A stretch of 64,000 nucleotides of DNA from Chloropicon primus (taxonomy: Eukaryota), in the NCBI GenBank assembly GCA_023205875.1, contig CP060763.1:186001-250000 (forward strand). The letters are read 5' to 3'. The translations under genes and the position numbers were made by a program. The notes beneath the pieces were generated by a model. That model searched no databases. It saw nothing but the letters and a program-made list of their open reading frames with translations, and was not told where the DNA came from. Below are positions 28,910-40,487 of this stretch, piece by piece. How positions within the stretch are numbered: the stretch's first letter is position 1; every line of letters begins with the position of its first letter.

Positions 28910-31487
28910 TCAAAGCATGCGTTTGAGTGCCAGGGCCCAGTAGCTCCGGGCCACGAGTGCGAGGAGGTCCCTCTCCATGATGTGCTGCACGGCAAAGGGG
29001 AGGCTGAGGCCCTGGTGAACCTGAAGGACGAACGTGTAGGGGTTCTGGCTCGACAAGATCACCCTGAAACTCGTTTGGTACTCCTCCTTGAAACTCGTCT
29101 TGGATTTCGTCCTGAGCTCGAACGAGGAGGACGTGAAGATGAGGTACATCTTGGCAACCACATTCTCCGCGCTCAAAAGGTTCACGCTGAACTTGGCCTT
29201 GTCCTGGCCGACCAAAGACTTCACCAGGCCTCCCATCTCGGGGTCAACCTCAATCTGCTGAGTGAAAGCAAAGTAGCTCGGGCCCAATGGAACCGTTCTC
29301 TCGCAAGGCATGCAGGAAACCCCGATGGAGGCGTTGACATCGTCCGCAGTGGGCATGTAAACGGAAGTGACGGCTCCCTCGATCGGCACGTAGGGCTTGC
29401 CATTCTTTGACCTGTGCCACCGAATCGAAATCGGAGCACTCTTTTCCTTCTCCTTGGTGAACTCCACGCTCAGCTGGCACAAGGTGGAGCTGTAGGGTCC
29501 ACCAGTGACGGATATCTTCTTCAGGACCTGGGCCCTCGTGTCCAGCGCGTGAATGTCACAAAGCACGCCATGGGGCGACCAACCAAAGGTCATGTACACC
29601 CTCGTGCCGCCGACCAGGGACATCTGGTGGGCACTTCTTCCGAGCGGGTGCCCGAGCGGCAAGCTCTTCTGCTCCCACTGCATGGAGTCCGTGTCAAGCA
29701 TGTACATGTCGCTGAGGTGCTTGTCACCGTTGTAGCCGCCGAAAAGCAGAATGTAACGATCCTCGACAAGTACGCAGGAGTGGCCGGATCTCGGAGAGGG
29801 AACCGCACCCTGCTGGTTGATCAGCGTCCAGGCCCTTGTCTGGATGCTGAACGTCCACAAGTCATTGCACGGCCCCTCCTCTTTCTGGCCCCCGAAGACG
29901 TAGAGCTGATCTTTCACCGCAACTGCGGTGTGGCTCCCCCTCTTGTCTGGAACGTCGGAATTTTGCTTATACGTCACTTTTGTCCAAGCCTCGTTCGCGA
30001 CGCTGTACACGTGCATGTCGTTCAGAAAGCTTTGCCTGGACCAGCCCCCGAAGAGAATCAGAGCTTGCTCGTAACCCGTGCTGCTATCACCCAAGTACAC
30101 GGTAGTCATCGTGTGCATTGCTCTTGCAACGGGAGCGTTCCCCGCCTTCACCTGCCTGAAGTAAGCCGATTTTCTGTACAGAAGGTCCTCGCAGTTGTCG
30201 ACGACGTAGAGGTCGTTGAACATGAACCTGAGCGATCAATCCAAAAAAAGAAATAAAAAAGGGTGAAACACACGACTGTCAGCTCATTGGTTTACCGTCA
30301 GAACGACTAGCGCGCCCATGATTTACGGACCTTCCGTCCCAGCCCCCGAAGAGCAAGATGCTTTGCTCCTTGTCCCCCCTCCTCCCCCTGTCAAGCAAGC
30401 TCGTCGTGTGGTAGCCTCGAGCGCTAGGCACCGATCCTATGGCCGGCTTCTTGCACCACGTGCAGGTTTCTGAATTGAAGATCCACAGGTCGTTCATGAA
30501 CTTGCCTCCCGTGGCACCGCCAAAAACGACGAGAGAGAAGTTTGCGCTCGTCTGCGAGTGGCCCATCCGGTTGGAAGGAACCGAACCATTCGTCTTGAGG
30601 TGGCTGACCCAATTCAAGCTGAACTCCCCTTTGATGATTCTCCTCCGTGGCTTGGACGTTGATGCCGCATCCAGATTGTCGTAAAGAGCGTGAGACACGG
30701 ACAGGGGGAACCTCTCATCAAAGTTGAGACCCTGCTTTTTCACCCCCTTGGCCGCTTTGTCTGCCTTCTGCTCGCTCTTCTTCGCTTGGCCTGCTGGGCT
30801 CTTGCTCTTCCTCTCGACAGGCTTCGCAGGAGGCGGATCCTCAAAGAGCTTCTTGCCCTTGGCATTGCCCTTGGAACCAGCATCATCCTTCGTCACAGCC
30901 TTCTCAGGCACGCTCACCACCGGTGACTTGACAGGGGAGGGAGTTGCCTGCTTGCTGTACGGGCTCCTTGCTGACTTCTGCCTCCGACGGTGGTGTCTCT
31001 TCTGTGAAAAGGTCAGATCTTTTGTGAGGTCCTTCGCTATCGATTTCCAGTTCAGACTCTTGGGCATCGGTGGCGTCTTCCCCGCAGGAGGAGACGGGCC
31101 AGACGAGCCACTCTCATCACCCTTTTTGGACTTCTCCTTCCCATCCTGCTGAGGGGTCAAGAAGCTCTTGTTCTTTCCTGGCGGGGAAGGGCTGGAGGAT
31201 CCCAAGCCAATCGGCAAGACTTTGTTGGACCTGGATGGTCTCGTTCCCTTCGGCTTGGGCGGCGTTGGAGTCTGCAGGTGCTTGATATTATCCTGGAACT
31301 TCCTGAAACCGTCACCAACTTTGCCGTACTTGGAGAACAAGGTCGCTCGTTTTCCTGCGCTCTGAGGTCGCTCAACTTTGGGTCTCGGCCGAGCGGCAGT
31401 GGGCGGCATGCCAGGAGAGCTCTTAAGCTTCTCCTCCAGGGTGGGCTCGAAGAAGTTGCCCTCGATGGGCTTGTCGACCCGCACCAT
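28910..31487 (-). CDS. Kelch-repeat protein with C-terminal SCAB/AIR9-like Ig and PH-like module, two exons
   Basis: Repeated PSxRxGH...FGG...NDLW kelch units; intron 30330-30228; WHRSK...IEGAVTSVYMPTADDV and ERDLLALVAR in the C-terminus. Confidence 0.85.
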
Positions 31488-31666
31488 CTTTGGCCTCCTT
31501 GTCTCTGTCTGTCGCTTTCTCTCTCTGGGCTTTTCCCCAGCAGAGACAAAATTTTTTGGAATATAGCTGAAGGGGCGCGGCGTTATGGAGATGAGAGAGT
31601 TGAGGGGGAAAAGTCGACGCATTCCACGTTCCCAAACCGGAGTACAATATTGTAGATCGTGTAGAG

Positions 31667-34600
31667 TTACAACTTTTTGTATGATACGCCGTCTTTGGAG
31701 CAAAGAACGAGCCCGCCGTCCACGGCGTCAATGTGAGTGACCTTCTTCGAATCGTGGAGGACGACTTCAGACCCCAACTGCCTGGCGAGGCCAGTGTTCC
31801 ATAATTTACATTTTCCATCCTCGTGGAGGGATGCAACCATCTTTCCGCTCCCGGCGAACTGGAGTACCCTGCTCTGCCCGCCTCCCATTCCGCTCTGCTG
31901 CTGCTGAACCAGCGACTGGCCCCGCACGGACCAGAGGGGAATCATGACCGGCGCAAGCCTTCTGATGTCGAACAGTGCGACTCCACCGTCCGCGTCTCCG
32001 CAGAAGAAAGTGTACGCACTGTCCTTGGGCTCCATGTAGAGCTTCGACGGGCGATTCATCTTCCTGAGCGAAATGTTTGTGGCCCTTGGCTGGAGCGTAT
32101 CCCAGAGGCCCAGCCCTTTCGAGCCCGCCGCAAGCAGCACGGAGGAGCTTTGGCAGCAGAAAGTAATGTCCACCGCGTCCCCGTCGCCAAAGATGTCCTT
32201 GCAAGCATCGCAGTCGATGCTTGTTCCATTCGATGGCAAGGAACTCATACTGAATAGGGCGCACGTCCCCGAGGAGTACGTGCAAGCGAGCTTCTCCCCG
32301 CTGGCATCAAAACCGAAGGAGCTCACTTTGGCCTTGTGCTTCTCTTGGGGGAGCCTGTAGCAGGACATGGCGGACTGCTGATGAAAGTGCCACAGCAGCA
32401 AAACATCGTGCATGTAGTTCGACACAAAGAGGGGTCGATAGGGGTGAACATTCAAATGTGTGGCCGATATGTCTGCCTTCGAAATGTTCAGTATGGCCCA
32501 CTGCGGCTTCTTCGTGCTGTTTTCCGACATGATCGGCACAGTCCAGGAGTCCTGGGGAAATCGTGACGCGTACATGGCCTCCTTGTCCACGAGGACGTTG
32601 CTTTCATCCACGGGGACCCTCAATTTTGTTGTCACAAGGCCAGAGCTTGTAGAGACAGTGGCCTCGCAGGGATCGCAGGCATTGAATTTCATTGCTTTCA
32701 CGTTCTTGGGAAACTGGTGAATCACGGCCAAGGGGGAGGAATCGCCCTTCTTGCGTTCGCGGCCCAACCCTCTCGTGGCTGATGATGCTGCGCCCCCGGC
32801 AGGATCCGCGAGCGATCCCCCGGTCCCCTTGCCCTCCTGGAATATTCGCAAAGTACCCCCAAGTGACCCCAGCACGCCCGCCCCATCGAACGGTATGTCC
32901 AGTTCCAGGTCCGCGGAGGCGACGCAGCGAAGGTCCTCGACCCTACTGATCAAATCACCGAGCGACATGGAAGATACAAAGTACAGCAAAAAGGCGTAAG
33001 ACACCAGCGTCTTTCCGACGAGATCCGACAAGGCCTCGCTCAGAATTTCGCGATGATCCGGATAGTCGGACATTCTCTTCGACACGATATGGCTCCAACT
33101 GATGGCCAAACCGCCATGGCCCAACGAGGAAACAATTCTGCTGTAGTTCACGATGAAAGACACGCCGGAATCGGGCTTGGCGTGCTCTGCATTCTTAAGC
33201 GGTCCCAAGTGATCATACAGGTCGCTGATCAAATGTGCAAAGTGAAAGAATTCGGCCCTGCTAAAGCACGCTTCTAGACCCGACCAGCGGCCTTCCCCCG
33301 AAACCATGGAAGTGAGAGTTTCCATGGCGGATTCCTTATCTTTGAGCATAACTTCGTAAAGCAAGCATCTGTGGAGAGCCTTCTCCTCCTTTGCCCTTGG
33401 CATCAGCGTGCCCGCAATCAACTCGGTATACAAGTTTCTCTCGTCGTCTGATTGCACGAGGGCTATGCAGAGCCCGAGTTGGATGTCGCCAAGATTCTTC
33501 ACGCACACCTCTATGGCATCTTCTGGCTTTCTGGCCAGTAGGAAAAAGGCCGAAGCCAATTCATAGCGATGCTGGCCGAGAAGTGCGTACGCGTTTTTCA
33601 GGGCTGCCACTTGGTTAGCCTCTTCATCGAAATTTCTCTTGAGAAAGTCACCCAATTTTGTGTTGTTCGTTGCCCTGCAAAGGCCCGCCACGACAGTGAC
33701 CTTCTTGAGGGCCAAGTAAAAGATGGCGCAGTCGTGAGGATCCCTCTTCCTCAAAAATTCTGCTTTTGCAATTTTCTCAAAGAGCGTTTGAGCCGCAGCC
33801 TTGGAATCGATCCAGTAGCCCAAACCCGAGTGTCTGATCTCATTCCATGTGAACTTCCTCGATAACGTGCCAAGAAGCTGCATGAGCAAGTCCTTGTCCT
33901 TGTTGAGGAGACCCCAAAACCCGTCTACTTCCGTGAGGCCCCACACCTTTTCCTCCTCCTTGGCTTGATTGGAGAGGCTCGGCGGGGCCGACTCTCTCGT
34001 TGGAATCGCAGAGGAAAAGCTGCTCTGGTAGAGGTAGGACAACACGAGTCTTTCATCGGTCGCCGACATCCCCGGGGCATTCAAGAATCGTTCGTGAACT
34101 TCTTTTGCTGTCCCTAGGATGCGTCCCCACAAGTCCGAACCTGGCGAGGAACTTTTACTTCGACCAAGGAGGCCCTCAATCTCTGCGACCATCCGCAGGT
34201 CTCCCTTGACAGAGTACTCTTTGCGGAAGCCCCGGTCGGCGCCTTTGCCCTTGCAGTATTCTGCGTACACATTTCTCACGATGGACTCGTCCACAGGCAT
34301 TCGCTCTCTCTTCCCGCCATCGCAAACCTTCAAGACCTCGCCGATGAGGTCGAGCTGCCTCTGCAGCAATCCAAACTTCCCCCGAATGATGCACTCCTCT
34401 ATGGAAGAAGTGTCCATCACGTGAAAAGGATGGTACAATTTGATGAGGTGCGCCTGGATACCATTCAGTTTCCTCTTTCCCATGTCTGCGAAACCATCCT
34501 TCCTGGTCTCCAATTTTACTGTCAAGAGCTCCTGATTCGATGCCACCAAAAGGGTGCTGGGGCTCAAAAACAGGACATCGCCAACCTCCTTTGGCAGCCT

Positions 34601-36691
34601 GTCTGAGACGAGCAGGCAAGACCAGGACTTGTGCAAGCCGTCGAAGTTGCATAGACTGGCCTTCCCCTCATGGCATGCCACGACTATTGGATCCAGGAAA
34701 GGCAGCGACACGACATCGAATGAGACCGCGCTGGCGGATGTGAGTAAAGTGCTATGAAGAGCAAACACGCTCGAGGGGCCGGCCATCTTCCACAATTTGA
34801 TCTTGAAAGATTGAAAGTCTTTCAAAGAGATGAAGAGATGGCAGCCATCTCGACTCAATACTGCGGTAACAATTTCACAACCTTCCTGCCACCCCTCGAT
34901 GGGATACTTCACTCCACCAGTGCTGGAGCAAGAGACAAGTTGCAGCTCAGCCTTCGCATCACTCAGATGGTACGAAAGCCCGCAGTCATCGCCCAAGAAC
35001 GTGACCTTGCGGTGGCTCGACCCTGCAGTCCTCAAGCCCTCACACCCCGGAAATGGGTGCGGATCAAAATCTTCACGAACACCGCTGCGCTGCTCAACCT
35101 CGAGGTCGAGAGACATGTAACCGCCCCCCTTTGTCGAAAAATGGGCTCTCAAGCTCGCCTCGGAGACTGCGAACAGGTCAAGCAACACGAGTTCCCTGTG
35201 CGAGCACCCGAACTTGGTGGTCAGATCCCATTTTTCCACTTCCCCGCATTCGGAAGCAGGAGTGCTCACCAGCGTCAAAGTGTCTTCCAACAAAATCAAT
35301 GCCTTCCAGCTCCCCGTTGACTCAGGACTCCCTTTTCCCCACGCTGCATCGAGAACCTTGGAACTTGTTTTGAACTCGTGAACCAAGTGGATTTCTTCGT
35401 GCTGGCTGACTTTCCAAAGGTGAACCCAGTCCTCAGAATCTGCCGCAAGGATCATTCCCGACGCGGCATGACACCTCACCATGGACAAGTTCGCCTGATT
35501 CCCCTTGGTCGTGGCGATGTGCATGAGCGCCATCACCTCGGAGCGCGCTCTTGGACTCGAGACCACCACGTCCCGATTGCTTATGCTCCACAAGCTTGTG
35601 AATCTGGCGTCGCAGAGGGAAACGAGATGGCTTCCATTCAGCAGAGGAAAGGCGCCAAACTCGAGGTCTGGCGACGGACTCATCTGCTCCGATTCCAGCT
35701 TCAGGCTGTTGATGCTCGATATGATTGGCGCATGGTTTGAACCCAGCAGGATCATGTACCTGTGGACGTTCAGCGTTCCTTCCTCCCTGCAGAGGAGCAA
35801 GGCGTTGTCCTTCATGCCTCCCCCGTGGAAGGGAAAGAGGCTCACGGTCTCCGTCATCGGATAGTCCAAACAAAGCTCGCACTGCTGAATATAGCAGCTC
35901 GTCTTCCCCGCCGAAGCCTTGGCCCACACGCAGAGGGACCTCGACGTTCCACAAATCAAGATGCACTGATTCGAAGTGCAGCACCACTCCATGGACCGCA
36001 AGGGCGCGGAGTGGCAGAGCTTCGAGGTGCAGGACCCCCGAAGGCTGTCCCAAATGCGTGCGCAGCATTCGTCCTCGCCCCCGAACGTAGCGATCTCGTC
36101 AAGATACCGCCCCACCGCCACTTTCGTCTGCCTTTCTCCGCCCCGACAGGCCAGCTCCCTCGTGTTCCTCTGGGCCGTGTTGTACGCGACGAGCCCCTCG
36201 CCGTCGTCAACGCAAACGACCACCGGATCCAGCGCAAGCCAATCCAGCGACCGGATGGGTCGAGCGTGCTCGAACGTCTGCAGTTCCGTGCAAACGACCT
36301 TGCCCCCGTCTATGCAGACGTAAAAGAAGGTGACCCGATTCTCGTGAACGACGGACAGCTGCCTCCTCTTGGCGTTCCAGACCAGCGATACCACGGGAAT
36401 TTGGCGATCAAAGTGCAACGCGACGCGCACGACCGGATCCTCCTCCCCCGCGATCGAGTAGCGTCCCCCCGGCAGGGAGACGCTGAAGATATTCACCGTC
36501 CCACAGGTCGTGCCCTGTGCGAGCCACAGCTCCTTTGAACCTACGGCCGTGGGCGAGAGGCACACCGCAGGCGTGCTCCTCACTCCGCCCACCGAGCTCC
36601 TCACCAAGATGTTCTCCTCGACGCGCTCCACGATCACGTCAACCTCCCCCTTCGCCGACGGCCCTGCTCCTCCTCCCATTGCCCTCTCCAT
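31667..36691 (-). CDS. Rav1/DmX-like WD40 protein (RAVE V-ATPase assembly complex)
   Basis: Rav1p_C signature RDPHDCAIFYLALKK...FLKRNF...AALKNAYALLGQHRYELASAFFLLA, flanked by WD40-like regions. Confidence 0.9.
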   Translation of the reverse strand: MERAMGGGAGPSAKGEVDVIVERVEENILVRSSVGGVRSTPAVCLSPTAVGSKELWLAQGTTCGTVNIFSVSLPGGRYSIAGEEDPVVRVALHFDRQIPVVSLVWNAKRRQLSVVHENRVTFFYVCIDGGKVVCTELQTFEHARPIRSLDWLALDPVVVCVDDGEGLVAYNTAQRNTRELACRGGERQTKVAVGRYLDEIATFGGEDECCARIWDSLRGSCTSKLCHSAPLRSMEWCCTSNQCILICGTSRSLCVWAKASAGKTSCYIQQCELCLDYPMTETVSLFPFHGGGMKDNALLLCREEGTLNVHRYMILLGSNHAPIISSINSLKLESEQMSPSPDLEFGAFPLLNGSHLVSLCDARFTSLWSISNRDVVVSSPRARSEVMALMHIATTKGNQANLSMVRCHAASGMILAADSEDWVHLWKVSQHEEIHLVHEFKTSSKVLDAAWGKGSPESTGSWKALILLEDTLTLVSTPASECGEVEKWDLTTKFGCSHRELVLLDLFAVSEASLRAHFSTKGGGYMSLDLEVEQRSGVREDFDPHPFPGCEGLRTAGSSHRKVTFLGDDCGLSYHLSDAKAELQLVSCSSTGGVKYPIEGWQEGCEIVTAVLSRDGCHLFISLKDFQSFKIKLWKMAGPSSVFALHSTLLTSASAVSFDVVSLPFLDPIVVACHEGKASLCNFDGLHKSWSCLLVSDRLPKEVGDVLFLSPSTLLVASNQELLTVKLETRKDGFADMGKRKLNGIQAHLIKLYHPFHVMDTSSIEECIIRGKFGLLQRQLDLIGEVLKVCDGGKRERMPVDESIVRNVYAEYCKGKGADRGFRKEYSVKGDLRMVAEIEGLLGRSKSSSPGSDLWGRILGTAKEVHERFLNAPGMSATDERLVLSYLYQSSFSSAIPTRESAPPSLSNQAKEEEKVWGLTEVDGFWGLLNKDKDLLMQLLGTLSRKFTWNEIRHSGLGYWIDSKAAAQTLFEKIAKAEFLRKRDPHDCAIFYLALKKVTVVAGLCRATNNTKLGDFLKRNFDEEANQVAALKNAYALLGQHRYELASAFFLLARKPEDAIEVCVKNLGDIQLGLCIALVQSDDERNLYTELIAGTLMPRAKEEKALHRCLLYEVMLKDKESAMETLTSMVSGEGRWSGLEACFSRAEFFHFAHLISDLYDHLGPLKNAEHAKPDSGVSFIVNYSRIVSSLGHGGLAISWSHIVSKRMSDYPDHREILSEALSDLVGKTLVSYAFLLYFVSSMSLGDLISRVEDLRCVASADLELDIPFDGAGVLGSLGGTLRIFQEGKGTGGSLADPAGGAASSATRGLGRERKKGDSSPLAVIHQFPKNVKAMKFNACDPCEATVSTSSGLVTTKLRVPVDESNVLVDKEAMYASRFPQDSWTVPIMSENSTKKPQWAILNISKADISATHLNVHPYRPLFVSNYMHDVLLLWHFHQQSAMSCYRLPQEKHKAKVSSFGFDASGEKLACTYSSGTCALFSMSSLPSNGTSIDCDACKDIFGDGDAVDITFCCQSSSVLLAAGSKGLGLWDTLQPRATNISLRKMNRPSKLYMEPKDSAYTFFCGDADGGVALFDIRRLAPVMIPLWSVRGQSLVQQQQSGMGGGQSRVLQFAGSGKMVASLHEDGKCKLWNTGLARQLGSEVVLHDSKKVTHIDAVDGGLVLCSKDGVSYKKL

Positions 36692-37450
36692 CCTCGGTGA
36701 ACCACTCGAGGGACTTACAGTCCCATCCAATGCTGCGCTTACTTGCGAAGCAAACTCAGGCAAACGCAGCACTCACGGAAAGCTCTCGACACGAGGTGCC
36801 CATTGACCCGACCCTCTGCTCCCGCTCTCTCCCTCGAGCACACTCTCCCTCCTCCTCCAACCCTTTCAATCCTTGTTTTCTTCACGATGACGTCCACGAT
36901 GCGAAGCAAGATTGGTGTCACCGGAAAGGTCTCCGCAAGATCTATCGAATGAATCGACCCTCCGCTCCCCTCTCTTCCCCCGATCACTCCCGTCACCCCG
37001 AGTTCCTCCCCGTCCCGTCTCCCTCCGATCATCGATCGCAACGAGGAGCGATCGGTCGATCTCGATCGTGCAGAGCAGAGGGCGAGAAGACCGCGAGGAG
37101 GGGGGAGGAGAGAGGGAGGAGAGTGCGCCGTGGTGTTGGAACGAAGAAGCGGGAGGAGGGTCAGCATCTTTCGATCGATCGATCGGTTTTTTGTGGCCAC
37201 TCGACTCGACGTCGACTCAACGGCATTGGATCAAAAGCGAGTGCAACCATCAACAACGAAAGGAGCAGAGAGACGGAGACAGAGAGGAGGAGGTTTGTTG
37301 TGTGCGTGTGGTGCCTGCGTGCGTGTTCCGGTTACGTCCGTTACGCTCGGGTCACCTTAGACCTTCTTTCGTGCGTTGGAAGATGAGGAAGGAGACGAGG
37401 GACGCGTCGTAGAAGAGCGAGGAAGCGTTTGAGGGAGATAGAGATAGACA

Positions 37451-39076
37451 ATGATGATGGAGACGTCACCCGAGGTCGTTGTCCCTAAGGGAGGCGTCAT
37501 GACGTCGCTCCTGGTCCTCGTGGCTCACAGCGGGAGGGCGTACGAGCTCGAGGCGAGCCCGACGACCAAGGTATCGAAGGTTCAGACCGCGCTGGAGAAC
37601 CTGACGGGGGTCCCTCTGAACCAGCAGATATTGACGTTAGACGGAGCGAAACTGGATAGCGACAAGACCTTTGGAGCGTATGGCCTGGACGAGGACAAGT
37701 TCGCGGACAAGGAGGGGGAGGGGACCAAGGTGTTCTTCTACAGCAAGAGCAACCTCGTCCCGAACTCCCTTCCGCCCAAGCCAGAGGTTCTGCCTGCCCT
37801 GAAGATCCAGTTCCCGCAGGCCAGCAGCTACCAGCCTCACCAGGAGCGGCTCCCCTTGCAGGAGAGCAGCTCGCCGCACGTGAGGAACCTTCCAAAGTAC
37901 GAGAGGAACTTCTGCTTCCACTTGGCCAAGGCGAAGGCCCAGATCGAGGCCTCGGCGGAGTACCTGAGGATCTGCGAAAAGCTTCTGGCGGAGCAGGAGG
38001 TCCAGGCCCTTGCCATAGACTCCGCTCAGGAGAACGTGGACAAGCACTACGCGTACATCGCGACGGTGTACGAGAAGTTCCAGAGCCGGTTCCTGGAGCA
38101 GATCGAGGAGAACGAGAAGCTGCTCGGCGACTTCATGCCGGAGCTGGAGGGCCTCGAGAAGGCGGAGACTCACAGGGTGGTGAAGGAGGCCGGCATCAAC
38201 TCCATCACGGACCTCGTGCCCAAGGAGCAGCTGTGCAAGTGGCACGCCCAGTGCTCCACGATGCACGCGCAGTTCAAGCCCAAGGCCAAGGAGCTCTCGT
38301 CCCTCTTCGGGTCGGTGAAGAACGACGTGGAGGCCCTCTTCATGACGGTGCCGTCCGTGGACATCACGAAGCTGTCCGAGAGGCTGCAGACCAACCAGCA
38401 GCTCCTGCTGGAGATGTCCTCGATCTGCGAGGTGCTGGAGAAGGACTGGAACCTCTCGAAAGACCAGCTGGAGAGGGCGATGGGCCAGGCCGCCCAGAAC
38501 CAGACGCAGAGCTTCCTTGGGGAGTGCGTCGCCCTGGAGTCCGTGAACGAGGTTCACGCCAAGAGTCACGTCCCGCGCCTAGAGGAGTGCGCCAAGATCC
38601 TGGAGAGGTTCGCCAAGCACTGCATTGACTGCAAGAACGCAATGTCGCGCTGCGTGCACTCGCAGATGAAATCGATCGCGCAGCTTCAGAACAGGATCAG
38701 CATCACGAGGAACAAGCTGTCCGCTTACAGGGAGGTCGCAAAGAAGATTGAAGACGCGTGCGCCCACCTCAAGCTCGTGTACCACATCCCGTCAGCCTAT
38801 TACAGCTGCCTGGAGGAGGTGATCCGGCGCAGGTCCTTCGCCGATACGTTTGCCCAGCACGCGCAGAAGTTCGCAGAGTCCATGTCTGCCCTCAGGCGGA
38901 ACGAGGAGGTCGCCAGGCAGAATTTTGAGCAAAAATACGAGGGCCTGCTTCCCCAGGAGCTGATCTTGGCCCTCAAGCTTCACCTCGCGCCCCCGATCTG
39001 CGAGGTACACGTTTCTCCTAACGAGTACAGCGAGATGAATATCTCTGAGGCGGACGCCAAGAGGCAGCAGCCATAG
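37451..39076 (+). CDS. ATG11: ATG11/FIP200-like autophagy scaffold, N-terminal half only
   Basis: N-terminal ubiquitin-like segment (LLVLVAHSGRAYEL...TGVPLNQQIL) and IPSAYYSCLEEVIRRR, resembling plant ATG11. Confidence 0.75.
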   Translation: MMMETSPEVVVPKGGVMTSLLVLVAHSGRAYELEASPTTKVSKVQTALENLTGVPLNQQILTLDGAKLDSDKTFGAYGLDEDKFADKEGEGTKVFFYSKSNLVPNSLPPKPEVLPALKIQFPQASSYQPHQERLPLQESSSPHVRNLPKYERNFCFHLAKAKAQIEASAEYLRICEKLLAEQEVQALAIDSAQENVDKHYAYIATVYEKFQSRFLEQIEENEKLLGDFMPELEGLEKAETHRVVKEAGINSITDLVPKEQLCKWHAQCSTMHAQFKPKAKELSSLFGSVKNDVEALFMTVPSVDITKLSERLQTNQQLLLEMSSICEVLEKDWNLSKDQLERAMGQAAQNQTQSFLGECVALESVNEVHAKSHVPRLEECAKILERFAKHCIDCKNAMSRCVHSQMKSIAQLQNRISITRNKLSAYREVAKKIEDACAHLKLVYHIPSAYYSCLEEVIRRRSFADTFAQHAQKFAESMSALRRNEEVARQNFEQKYEGLLPQELILALKLHLAPPICEVHVSPNEYSEMNISEADAKRQQP

Positions 39077-39145
39077 ATTGATAGCAGCCACAGGGGAGTT
39101 TCGTACGTTTGAAGCAAAAGAAAAAATAAACTATTTTTTGTAACC

Positions 39146-39775
39146 TTATTTCGTTTTCTGGGCTTTGGCTCTCCTCAGCTTTTCCTTCAGCGCTGCAATC
39201 TTCGCGCTCCCCGCCTTCCTGGCCGGGTCCGACGGAGGCGACGACGGAGGCGACGGAACGGCCGGGCGAGGGGGCCGAGGGGGAGCCTCCTTCTTCCCAA
39301 AGTCCACGTGATAAGCCTCGTATTGATCCGAGCTCCCCCGCTCCCCTCTCGACAACTTGTCGTACAGCTCTGCCTTCCTTTCGAGGGCCCCTGCCCTCTC
39401 CGCTTCCCGAGCAGCAGCAGCTTCCAGGTCCTTCCGGTTTCGGTCCTCGACTCCCCTGTTGCGCTTCCCCAAGGCATCCGACCTCGCAGCCCCCCTTGCT
39501 TGCTTCCTTCGGATGTACTCGGAGCGAGCGATGTCATCCGAGTGCGAGAAAAACGAAGGGCCCTTCCGCTTGGCCTCCCTCTTCTCGCTCAACCTTTCCT
39601 GCACTTGAGTTCTGAGAGACTTCATCGACGACGCCCCGACGCCTTCGATCGGCTTTCGCTTCGACGGAAGCTTTCCGGACTGAGACAGCCACCCCAGCGA
39701 CTGTCTCACCGTCTTCTTCATGTCCAGGCCCTCTTCTTTGCCCTCCTCAGGCCCTCCTCTTTGCCCTCCTCGCAT
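39146..39775 (-). CDS. CCDC174/DUF4078-like protein
   Basis: NRGVEDR..KD...ALERKAELYDKLSRGE...YHVDF motif; start may be 39721. Confidence 0.7.
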   Translation of the reverse strand: MRGGQRGGPEEGKEEGLDMKKTVRQSLGWLSQSGKLPSKRKPIEGVGASSMKSLRTQVQERLSEKREAKRKGPSFFSHSDDIARSEYIRRKQARGAARSDALGKRNRGVEDRNRKDLEAAAAREAERAGALERKAELYDKLSRGERGSSDQYEAYHVDFGKKEAPPRPPRPAVPSPPSSPPSDPARKAGSAKIAALKEKLRRAKAQKTK

Positions 39776-40125
39776 CCTGCAGACCGATGGTTGGATGGAT
39801 GGATGGACACGATCTTCTCAACCCTTTCACCCCAGAGAGCAAGCGAGGTGTCCAGAGAAAGATCTCGACCTTATCTACGCATCCGTTCCCCTCACACCCC
39901 CTCCCCTCTCCACCCTCACCGCACAGCCCCCCTCAAAGTCGCCCTCCAGCCAGTTGCCCCTCCAGTTCCTCCCCTTTGAAAATAATTTCATCGAAGACAG
40001 AGAGAGAGAGAGAGAGAGGGAGAAGAGGAGGGAGGAGCGGAGCGCAGTGCATTGGGAGAAGAGGAGAGCGCCACTGCATTGCATTGGAAAAAGTATTGTG
40101 CGCTCCTTCGAAAGATTCTACCTTT

Positions 40126-40223
40126 TTCCTCCCGCCTTGCCTTTTGAGGAGGCCAAGCCAACCACCGGGGTTGTGTTGTGTTGTGTTGTGTTGTGTACCC
40201 CCTTTGACCAACACACAGAGGCG

Positions 40224-40259
<36 letters not shown>

Positions 40260-40381
40260 GAGAGAGAGGAAGAGAAAGAGAGGCAGGAGGAGAAACTTGT
40301 AAAGGTATCAAAAAGGTGGTGCCTTTTTTTTCTTCCTTCCTCCCGCCTTGCCTTTTGAGGAGGCCAAGCCAACCACCGGGG
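40126..40381. repeat. Perfect 45-bp direct repeat (40126-40170 and 40337-40381)
   Basis: ttcctcccgccttgccttttgaggaggccaagccaaccaccgggg occurs twice, flanking (GTGTT)n and (GA)n tracts. Confidence 0.92.
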
Positions 40382-40487
40382 CGTACCTTGGGTGTCCAAC
40401 GGTGCAGTACCTAGAGAGAGAGAGAGAGAGGCAGGAGGACTTGAGCGTTGTTTAGGAAGTTTTATTTTGGCCGAGAGCAAAGTCGCC

